Assembly (NCBI GenBank): GCA_000934665.2
Contig: JYFJ02003405.1
Location: 1-42,373, forward strand
From: Catajapyx aquilonaris
Taxonomy: Eukaryota
Length of the DNA: 42,373 nt
Direction of reading: 5' to 3'
The translations under genes were made by a program, and so were the position numbers. The notes under the pieces are model-generated. The model ran no database searches. It saw nothing but the letters and a program-made list of their open reading frames with translations, and was not told the DNA's origin. Within the stretch, counting starts at the first letter, position 1. Every line of letters begins with the position of its first letter. Positions 1 through 9,537 of the stretch are shown in pieces.

Positions 1-830
1 AGGGATTAACGTTAGGGGTTATTTCGCGCCTTCCCACACCATCTAGCGGTTGGTATTCACATTAGGATTAGGGGTGACTATGCCACATCAACGCCAGTTG
101 GCGGCAGTAGTCACGTGAGGTCCCCATCGCTATCGGGAGGTAGTCACGTGATTGGCTGTGTTCGCTACCTCCCTACCATCGCTACACATCTCCGACGCTC
201 CTTCCATCACATCATCGGGAGATAGTCACGTGATTGGCTACCCATCTGGCAGTAGTAGCATTGCCCCACCATCTATCGCTAGGTATTAACGTTAGGGATG
301 ATTTCACGCCTTCCCACACCATCTAGCGGTTGGTATTCACATTAGCGCTGACTTTGCAACATCAACGCCAGACGGCGCGGCGCGGCGGCAGTAGTCACGT
401 GAGTTTCGCACATCGCTGCACATCTCCGTCGCTACTTCCCCTACATCCTAGTCAGGTAGTCACGTCATTGGCTGTGTTCGCAACCTCCATGCCATCTAGC
501 AGCAGTAGTCACGTGAGTCGGTGGATTTTCAACTTCCACAATTACCGTTAGGGGTCACTTCGCAACCTCAACGTCATTTGGCGGTAGTAGTCACTTTATT
601 TTATGAGGTCGCTTCGTCTTCCACCGCATCGTTTGGGTGTAATCCGCCACTTCCACACCATTATCTGGAGTGATCTGGAGGCAGTCAGGTGAATGGGTCA
701 TGGGTGTGTTCGCTACCTCCCTACCATCTGGCGGTAGTAGTCACATGATGGGTGAATTTGCAACTTCCATACCTACTAGCGGTAGTAGTCACGTGAGTCG
801 GTCTGTTAGCAATCTCCACGCCAGTCACCG
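1..830. repeat. Degenerate tandem repeat (~280-bp unit) rich in AGTAGTCACGTGA and CCATCT(A/G)GC(G/A)G motifs
   Basis: 1-65 recurs at 281-345 (ttaacgttaggg...ccttcccacaccatctagcggttggtattcacattag). gtagtcacgtga-type motifs recur about ten times up to ~797. Cut by the window edge. Confidence 0.8.
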
Positions 831-1243
831 GAGTTACTGGCTCTCAGTATCCAGTTCGCTTCCTCCAAACTACAGGGGGAGAGTAAATACTCCAGACTGT
901 TTTTAGTGACAAAGTGAAAATATTACAAATCACAGTCTGGCACCATTCACCTAACTCCCCATGTACTATCCATCTGTCATTCCTTCCACTTTATCACTAA
1001 AAACCAGTTAAAATAAAAATATATATAAAAACCTTTTTAAGAACACGCTTTATATTTCCAAGTGCACTAAAAAGTAGAAAATAATTTTCTTCCTCAATCT
1101 TCAGCTTTCTCTTTTACCTTGAACTGAACAGAAGATTCATGACTTTCTTTCCATGGAATTCAGCTACTGCAGTATTGTCTTGCTTTACTTACATTCTTAT
1201 ACGGCCTACATGACGAAAAATAAAGCGTGGGCACTTAATCACA

Positions 1244-1596
1244 TAAAAATGTGGATTCTCTGAAGGATGTTGTGGACATGGGCTACAAGTGGGGGACCAG
1301 CAGAAAGGACAAGTTCTATTTCGATTCCTTTACGGACGTGACCGAGATTGAATTGGAACATGTGATCACAAAAGGGATGGAATACTCAGATAAGGAGGAG
1401 AATGGAGACTTCATGAGAGAATGCATTATGAGTGCAATGATGGAGAGGTTTGCTTGTTTCGTACTAGAATACCCCTGGAACGTGGTGAGCCTGGCACAGT
1501 ACAATTCTGCAGACAATGAACCTCATTTTGATCAGATTCACGCGGTACGAAGTGAACTACTACTCGTGATGATGGGAATTGTCACCAAGGCAAAGT
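1244..1596 (+). pseudogene. Ionotropic receptor fragment (S2 region only), paralog of the IR-A copies
   Basis: Translates KNVDSLKDVVDMGYKWGTSRKDKFYFDSF...IHAVRSELLLVMMGIVTKAK, colinear with ~3282-3634 and ~7632-7984. Truncated at both ends; the 3' end abuts a SINE-like segment. Confidence 0.9.
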
Positions 1597-1722
1597 TAGA
1601 CATTGCGCGAGTGCACGTTAAAGATCCCCAGAGTGGCCAAATTTTCAGGAGGGTGACCACCCCCTGGCGTCGGTGTTGAGCCTTAGAGGCAGAAATAGGC
1701 CGACGTTAAGCCCCACTGAACC
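1597..1722 (+). mobile_element. SINE-like fragment with GCACGTTAAAGA.CCC core (Ruka/Nin-domain-like)
   Basis: gacattgcgcgagtgcacgttaaagatccccagagtggccaaattttcaggagg...gacgttaagcccca. A second copy lies at 41230-41308. Core and the GACGTTAA.CCCCA end resemble tick Ruka-type SINEs (from memory, not searched). Confidence 0.6.
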
Positions 1723-2130
1723 CAGTGTCAACCAGTCCAATACGTATAAAGCAGTATTTTCAGCAATGAGAGAAGTCGCTCAATGTTTCTATTTGAACAA
1801 ATCAATCATACATTTCCCTGAAGCTTTTGGCTTGTAAAGTCAATACTATTCTCCTGTTGAACAAATAGTAATCTACTTTCCACCTTGGGTGGGACTACAC
1901 TTGTGCACAGTTTTAATCGGCATGAAATCATTGCCGTTCACACACACTATGAATAATTTAAGGCGCGATACATCAATCATGTTTCTATTATTAATAACCA
2001 AAATGCGCAAAACCTCTCTGTGTTACAACAATCCAATTCAGACAGCACTTTAGCAAGAGTGAGACCTCCTTCACTTTACGGTTTTGAAGAACGTTTATGA
2101 TAAAAGTGTTTCTGGACATACGACACAAAA

Positions 2131-4023
2131 ATGTTTTATAAAGTTGTCTTTTGCACCTACTTCTTTTGTTGGTCAGCTTGTGCTAAAGTGACTCGAAAAT
2201 CAGACTATGAAAGTGAAGAGACACTTTTGGCACAAGTAGTGTCCAGGATGAGCCAGGAGAGCACTCGACTGCTCAACTGCACCTTGGCCATCCTGCACGA
2301 TGGACGAGTACTGGACAATGGTCTGGAGAAACTAATCACTAGTGTGGACGTCCCAGTGGTGGTTGCTTCACTGGAGGAGAATCCGAAGAGTGTGGACGAG
2401 AGGGAATTGGTGATCCTGAAATCGGGGCAGTGCTTCTTCATTCTTGTTCACTCCAAATTGAATTTGATTGATCAATTACTCGATCGATTTGCTAGTGGCC
2501 TGAGATATTGGAAAATCACTCGTGACTTCATCGTGTTCCATGTCCGTGATGGGTTTCTTCGTGAAGTATTAGGATGGGAATCTCCACATTACAAGTACAG
2601 AGTGGGTGTGGAAAATCTGAAGATTGTAAATGGCAATGTAACGTTTAGTTTGCTTTCCGCATGCTACTTCTGCCAGCAAGGAAAATACTCCGTCGACGCA
2701 CTGTCTACAGAGACGCCATTTGAAGACTTACACCAGGACATCATAGTAGACTTTCACGGGAGAGCCATTCGCGTGGCTAATCCATTTCCTTTTCTATATC
2801 TCTACTTGGAACAATGCCTGCATTACATAACTGTAATGCACGGGACCCATGAGACGGACCTCTACACTCAATATCATGAAGTGAATTTATTAAGATTAGA
2901 TAACTCTTACACTTTCACACACCCTTATCGAATGGAGAGTTTTTTAATTCTAACAAAAGATCATCCTCCAACCATGACTTGGTCTGTGATTCTCCTTCCT
3001 TTCACCTGGCAGGTGACACTGCCTTTCGTGACTCTGATATTGGTAGTCACCACATTGCTTTGCCATCTCTCGAAACCAAGCCAAATAACTCCGACGAATC
3101 ACTTCAATTTTGTCACCATCCTTGCCCTGAAGGTGTACCCACCCCTTTTGTGCCAATCCATCGAAATGAAAGACCTGAAACCTGCTGCGACCTGGATATT
3201 CTGCATGTATTCCTTCTTCTGTGTCCTGATGTGCAACTTCTTCACTTCAGACATGGTCGGACTGTTCATGGATAAATCCGTTAAAAACGTGGATTCACTG
3301 AGGGATCTTGTGGAAATGGGCTACAAGTGGGGGACCAGCAGAGAGGACAAGTTCTATTTCGATTCCTTTGCGGACGTGACCGAGATTGAATTGGAAAAGG
3401 TGATCACCAAAGGGATCGAATACTCAGATAAGGAGGATTATGAAGACTTCGTGAGAGAATGCATTACGAGAGCAATGATGGAGAGGTTTGCATGTTTCGT
3501 ACCAGAATACTCCTGGAACTTAATTAGCCTGGTAAAATACTATTCTGTAGCGGAGGAACTTCATATTGATCAGATTCACGCGGTACGAAGTGAACTCCCA
3601 CTCGTAATGGTGGGAATAGTCACTAAGTCAAAGTACTCTGTTATTTACGAATCTCTCCAACGAGGTGTGATGAGATACATTGACTGCGGAATACTTCATT
3701 ACGACACGTACGTCTTAATCCAAAAAATGAAACATTCTTTGCTGGTGATGTCGTCCAATGAACGAAATATTGCATCAGATGGAGATAATTTAAAAGGACT
3801 CCAACTGATGCAATTCTAATCGCCATTTCTGGCCCTATGGGTTGGACTATGCGTGTCATTGGCTTGCTTATTTTGCGAAATTGCAAAAGCGAAGTGTCTT
3901 GGTGCAATTCTTGCTAGGAAATGTGAGCCTACTCCTCCCCGTGTAATCCACAAACCGCCAAGAGAGGTATGCGAGCCACACTCGAACCCATTCGATATGC
4001 AGGGTACAGAAGTAAATCCCTAA
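2131..4023 (+). pseudogene. Divergent ionotropic receptor IR-A1, intronless, single premature TAA (3817-3819) before the last TM helix
   Basis: 562-aa ORF with signal peptide, C-YF-C motif, S1 end (YTFTHPY), M1, pore, M2 (NFFTSDMVGLF) and S2. The paralog has ttg aaa where this copy has ttc taa. The frame stays open after the stop (SPFLALWVGLCVSLACLFCE...VNP*) to 4023. Confidence 0.85.
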
Positions 4024-4267
4024 GCAAACCTGGTCTGCACACTTTGAAGTGTCTAGTTTGGCGCTCTCTCATATCCTATTATGTTACTCATGTACGGGTA
4101 ATTAATAAGTTGTTCTGAATGATTCGACATATGGCAGGCTTTTAATTGATTGTAGATCTCAATACAGATCCGTCAATCAGCGTACTGTTGGCATCGAATT
4201 TTAACATCGTAAACAGGGCTCCCATACTGTTGACAGGTCCATTACTCTGCATGCCCTTAGTACTTAC

Positions 4268-6073
4268 AGGAAAGCTCTTAAAATCATTCTCGCAGTATTT
4301 TTGCACTGGCTCATACCGATATGTGCAAAAGTGACTCGACAATTTGTTGTGCAGACTGAGGAGCATCTACTGTCCAGAGTAGTGTCCAAGATGTGCAAGG
4401 ACAACATCAGGTTGGCCCACTGTACTCTGGCCATCCTCCATGACTACAACGTTCTGCAAGATGGGTTAGAATGCCTGCCAACAATGGCCAACACTCCAGT
4501 CCTGATCGCCTCTCCTGATGTCAATTCAAAAGGAGTGAATGAAAGTCAATTAGTGATCCAACAATCAGAGCAGTGTTTTCTCATCCTGATTAGCTCTAGA
4601 TTCAACTCCGTCGGGCCTCTTCTTGAACAATTCCGCAATACACTAAGATATGGCAACATATATCTTGTCTTTATCGTATTCGCCTCAAAAGACGGACAGC
4701 TCCACCACCTCATCATGTGGGAAGCTACTCAGTTCAAGCACAGACTCGGATTAGACCAGTTGACAATAATTCAAGATGGTCAAGTGATCGTTGGATCCTT
4801 GTTGTCTCCATGTTACTTTTGCAACGAAGGTAACTACTCGTTCAACACGGTGGACAACGTTACTGATTTGTCCAATGTGTTTTCCGACTCGACTGTCAAC
4901 ATGAACCGCAGAGAAATGTACGTTTTCAATATAAATCCTTATCTCAACTCGTACTTGGAGAAGTATTTGAACTACAGCACAACAGGACACGACAACAGAA
5001 CGATGTATGCGACCGCACAAAATGTTGCCATAGTACACCCACAGTATTCCAGCTACTCTCAGCCGTACCGAATGGACAAGATGTTAATAGTGACCAAAAA
5101 GTTCGAATCATCAATGGCCTGGGCTGTTCTTGTTCCGTTTTCAAGGAAGTTCGCACTGGCCATTTCAAGTCTCGTTTTATTCCTAACTATCGCACTATTT
5201 GTGATTCTAAAAGGAAATCGGACATACAGCTGCTGTCGATTAGTAGACATTTTAGTGCTTAAAATATGGCCGCCCCTTGTAAACCAACCGATCAAATTGT
5301 CCGTGTTAACACCAGCTGCGACCTGGATATGCTGCACTTACTCTATATTCTGCCTTGTCCTTTACAATTTCTTCACGTCCAACATGGTCGGCTTGTTCGT
5401 GGACAATCCGGTCAAAAACGTGGATTCTCTAAAAGACCTAGTGGACATGGGTTACAAATGGGGCACTGGAGACCAATTTTACTTCGATTCGTTTATCAAC
5501 ATGACGGACAATCCGTTGGTGCAACAAATAGTAAGTGAAGCTGAACCATACTGATCAGATTACTACACATTCCTGTACCTGTGTGTCCAACGTGCTTTGT
5601 CTGAAAGGTACGCTTGTTTCGTCCAGCAGACATATTGGAATTCAATCACAGATCCAGACAATATCTTTCATGAGGACCAGCTTCATGTGGTGGCAAGTTA
5701 GTTGCCCATTTTGATGGGCGGAGTTCAAATGGAGCTTAATTCGGTCATAACCGAGCCCATCAGACGAGGTGTGACGAGATATATTGACTTTGGTTTGAGC
5801 CTGCACCTCCAATGGGTGCTGGTTCAGGAGATGAGAGAAATTCAGAAGATGGTTTGGTTCAAGGAAGGGAAGATGACTGCTGAAGGTGGAGGACCAAAGT
5901 CTTTAGAGTTGCGTCATTTGACATCACCTTTTCTGGCTTTGGCCTTTGGAATGGGCGCCTCTTTAGTGGTCATTGTGTGCGAAATTTTGTGCTCAAGATG
6001 TAAAACGATGAATGGAAATGTCTCCAATAACGCTCTTGCTAACTCTGAAACAAATCTTCTTTTGACACTTTAA
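4268..6073 (+). pseudogene. Divergent ionotropic receptor IR-B, two in-frame nonsense codons (TGA 5552-5554, TAG 5699-5701)
   Basis: One continuous frame covers ORFs 4301-5554 and 5702-6073 plus the bridge (*SDYYTFLYLCVQRALSERYACFV...LHVVAS*LP). Homologous to IR-A end to end including the last TM helix. No in-frame ATG; possible acceptor cttacag at 4263-4269. Confidence 0.85.
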
Positions 6074-6477
6074 ATTCAGTGTCAACAAGTCCATACGTAT
6101 GAAGAAATATTTGCGGCAATGAGTGATGTCACTCAATGTTTAGAATTGAACAAAATAATTTGGAGAAATTTTCTCCAAACCTCTTGGCTTGTAAAGTCAA
6201 TAGTATTCGCCCTAGGTATTCGCCTTTTGAACCAATAGTAATCTCCTTTCCACCTTGGGTGGGACTACATGTGAGCACAGTTTTAATCGGCAAGAAATAC
6301 GCGCCTTTCACACACATTCTGAATAATTTAAGGCCCGGTACGTCATTCATGTTTCAATTATTAATAACCAAAATGCGCAAAACCTCTGTATGTTACAACT
6401 AGCCAATTCAGACCGCACTTTTGCAAGAGTGAGACGTGTTTATGATAAAAGTGTTTCTGGACATATACGACACAAAA

Positions 6478-8373
6478 ATGTTTTATAAAGTCGTCTTTTG
6501 CACCTACTTCTTTTGTTGGTCAGCTTGTGAAAGAGTGACTGCAATATCAGAGGATGAAAGTGAAGAGACTCTTTTGGCACAAGTAGTGTCCAGGATGAGC
6601 CAGGAGAACACTCGACTGGTCAACTGCACCTTGGCCATCCTGCACGATGGACGAGTACTGGACAATGGTCTGGAGAAACTAATCACTAGTGTGGACGTCC
6701 CAGTGGTGGTTGCTTCACTGGAGGAGAATACGAAGAGTGTGGACGAGAGGGAATTGGTGATCCAGCAATCGGGGCAGTGCTTCTTGATTCTGGTTCACTC
6801 CATACGTAACTTGCTTAATCAGTTAATCCGCCAATTTGCTAATGGCCTGAGATATTGGAAAATCACTCGTGACTTGATTGTGTTCCACGTACGTGATGGG
6901 TTTCTTCGTGAAGTATTAGCACGGGAATCTGCATATTACAAGTACAGAGTGGGTGTGGACAATCTGAAGATGGAAAATGGCAATGTAACATTTCGGTTGC
7001 TTTTCGCATGCTACTTCTGTCAGCAAGGAAAGTACTCTGTCGAAGTACTGTCTACAGAGACTCCATTTGAAGACTTATACAATGACAATCCCGTAAACCT
7101 TCACAGAAAACCTTTTGCCGTGCACAATCCATTTTATTCTTTAATAAATCCCTACTTGGAAAAATACCTGAATTACGTAACTGCAATGAACGAGACCCAT
7201 GAGACGGACCTCTACACTCCGTATCATGAAATCAATTTATTAAGAGTAGATCACTCTTATACTTTCACTCACCCTTATCGAATGGAGAGTATTTTAATTC
7301 TAACAAAAGATCATCCTCCAACCATGACTTGGTCTGTGATTCTCTTTCCTTTCACCTGGCAGGTGACACTGCCTTTCGTGACTCTGATATTGGTAGTCAC
7401 CACATTGCTTTCCCATCTCTCAAAACCAAGCCAAATAACTCCGACGAATCACTTCAATTTTGTCACCATCCTTGCCCTGAAGGTGTACCCACCTCTTTTG
7501 TGCCAGTCCATCGAAATGAAAGACTTGCGACCTGCTGCGACCTGGATGTTCTGCATGTATTCCTTCTTCTGTCTCCTGATTTCCAACTACTACACTTCAG
7601 ACATGGTCGGACTATTCATGGATAAATCCTTTAAAAACGTGGATTCACTGAGAGATCTTGTGGACATGGGCTACAGGTGGGGTGCCAGCAGAGAGGACAA
7701 GATTTATTTCGATTCCTTTGCGGACGTGACCGAGATTGAATTAGAAAAGGTGATCACAAAAGTGATGGAATACTCAGATAAGGAGGTGTATGGAGACTTC
7801 ATGAGAGAATGCATTATGAGAGCAATGATGGAGAGGTTTGCTTGTTTCGTACCAGAATACTCCTGGAGCATGGCGAGCCTGGAACAATACCGTTCTGTAA
7901 TGGGTGAAATTCATTTTGATGACATTCACGCGGTACGAAGTGAACTACCACTCGTAATGGTGGGAATAGTCACTAATTCAAAGTACTCGGTTATTTACGA
8001 ATCTCTCCAACGAGGTGTGATGAGATTCATTGACTGCGGATTCCTTCATTACTACACGTACGTCATGATCCAACAAGACAAAGATTTACTCCTGGTGAAG
8101 TCGTCCAATGAACGAAAAATGGCATCAGATGGAAATAATTTAAAAGGACTCCATCTGATGCAATTGAAATCGCCATTTCTAGCCCTATGGGTTGGACTAT
8201 GCGTGTCATTGGCTTGCTTATTTTGCGAAATTGCAAAAGCGAAGTGTCTTGGTGCAATTCTTGCTAGGAAATGTGAGCCTACTCCTCCCCGTGTAATCGA
8301 CAAACCGCCAAGACGGGTATGCTTGCCACAGTCGAACCAATTCTATATACAGGGTACAGAAGTAAATCCCTAA
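6478..8373 (+). CDS. Divergent ionotropic receptor IR-A2 (intact, intronless, 631 aa)
   Basis: Complete variant-iGluR topology: signal peptide, S1, M1 (WSVILFPFTWQVTLPFVTLILVV), pore, M2 (ISNYYTSDMVGLF), S2, terminal TM (LKSPFLALWVGLCVSLACLFCE). ATG chosen by alignment with IR-A1; alternative in-frame ATG at 6442. Confidence 0.88.
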   Translation: MFYKVVFCTYFFCWSACERVTAISEDESEETLLAQVVSRMSQENTRLVNCTLAILHDGRVLDNGLEKLITSVDVPVVVASLEENTKSVDERELVIQQSGQCFLILVHSIRNLLNQLIRQFANGLRYWKITRDLIVFHVRDGFLREVLARESAYYKYRVGVDNLKMENGNVTFRLLFACYFCQQGKYSVEVLSTETPFEDLYNDNPVNLHRKPFAVHNPFYSLINPYLEKYLNYVTAMNETHETDLYTPYHEINLLRVDHSYTFTHPYRMESILILTKDHPPTMTWSVILFPFTWQVTLPFVTLILVVTTLLSHLSKPSQITPTNHFNFVTILALKVYPPLLCQSIEMKDLRPAATWMFCMYSFFCLLISNYYTSDMVGLFMDKSFKNVDSLRDLVDMGYRWGASREDKIYFDSFADVTEIELEKVITKVMEYSDKEVYGDFMRECIMRAMMERFACFVPEYSWSMASLEQYRSVMGEIHFDDIHAVRSELPLVMVGIVTNSKYSVIYESLQRGVMRFIDCGFLHYYTYVMIQQDKDLLLVKSSNERKMASDGNNLKGLHLMQLKSPFLALWVGLCVSLACLFCEIAKAKCLGAILARKCEPTPPRVIDKPPRRVCLPQSNQFYIQGTEVNP

Positions 8374-8463
8374 GCAAACCTGGTCTTCACACTTTGAAGT
8401 GTCTAGTTGGGTGCTATTTCATATCCTATTATGTTACTCGTTCATGTACGGGTTATAAATAAT

Positions 8464-8513
8464 AAGTTGTCTTTTGCACCTACTTATTTTTGTGGTCAGC
8501 CTGTACAAAAGTG
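8464..8513 (+). pseudogene. 50-bp remnant of the 5' end of a further IR-A copy
   Basis: aagttgtcttttgcacctacttatttttgtggtcagcctgtacaaaagtga matches 2141-2191 (aagttgtcttttgcacctacttcttttgttggtcagcttgtgctaaagtga). Confidence 0.7.
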
Positions 8514-8822
8514 AAGTGTAAGCAATTTTTAAACAATCATGTGCAGCTGTAACTTATAACAATGCACCAACAATTCTTTCACATCATTATTTTGCTATTG
8601 AGTAGACTATTGGTAATTTATTCACGACTCTGTACGTCAATCAAATCGCACACATATTGATAAATCATGCATGGAAAATGGCTATTGCTCTGTCAACCTG
8701 CTATCGACTTCTCAATTTCTGCTATCAAAAACCTGCTGAAACATTTTTTTGCGAATAAATGTCATGTGTCACTCCAGAATTTTATTGCGTCCATTTCAAC
8801 TAAAGTGCTTCAGATAATGCTT

Positions 8823-9176
8823 TCATTGGTCTCCATCAGCAGGAGACATAGATGCTGTGTACTGGTCCTTGTTCTTGAGTAGAAAGGCGATCATGTATTC
8901 TACAGGATCATCAGGTCTTTCCTTGGCCACTGCGGACATTGCCATCAGCAAAATGGGAGTCACTGTTAGGTCCAGATACTCCCTGTTGGACAGTGAGTCC
9001 AGCCTGTTCTTGACCCATGATGGATCATCCGTACGTTCCTGGTGCAATCTGATAGTCCTCTGTGGAAGCAGAAACTATCACCAGCATGCACACCCAATTT
9101 TTGAACAATACATTACCAGGACTGTATCAGACAACAAGGACTTTGCAGGAGGGCTGTCCGTTTCTGACGGTGCCAT
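8823..9176 (-). CDS. dpy-30: Dpy-30 motif protein (2 exons, ~98 aa)
   Basis: Exons 9176-9117 and 9059-8823 with a 57-nt GT-AG phase-0 intron. LSNREYLDLTVTPILLMAMSAVAKERPDDPVEYMIAFLLKNK matches the Dpy-30 motif ([42 protein letters not shown]). Confidence 0.88.
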
Positions 9177-9537
9177 GGACACACTTCTAGACGACTCTAT
9201 TGGTGAAGATCAAACAGTGACAACTTCAACACTACACAAATCACACAACTTAATTCGGAAAGACTTTCATATCTGCACGACCCTACCCCATGACCTAACT
9301 TTCCTTCAGCGGATACACGCCTATCATTCAGCGGATACAGGCCTAGGAAAGGTAAAAGTGCGGGGTCACCAGATATGAAACAGTATAGCCCTTACTTCTA
9401 CTGTTAGACATCCTGCTGTTCCAAATTACAACTGAAAAAATTAACGTTACCAAGCATCGGATTGTAACTAACAATGATCATTACGATGACAATTAATTTT
9501 ATTACAATGCTCAAGGCGAGATTTGACAAAATTATGA

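Noticed and set aside
5552..5554. TGA in IR-B as selenocysteine
   Set aside because: No Cys at the aligned position in the paralogs, a second stop (TAG) follows, and no SECIS was recognised.
6136..6402. 88-aa ORF in the conserved IR spacer
   Set aside because: The homologous spacer at ~1780-2050 has a frameshifting deletion, and similarity is explained by recent duplication; no recognisable domain.
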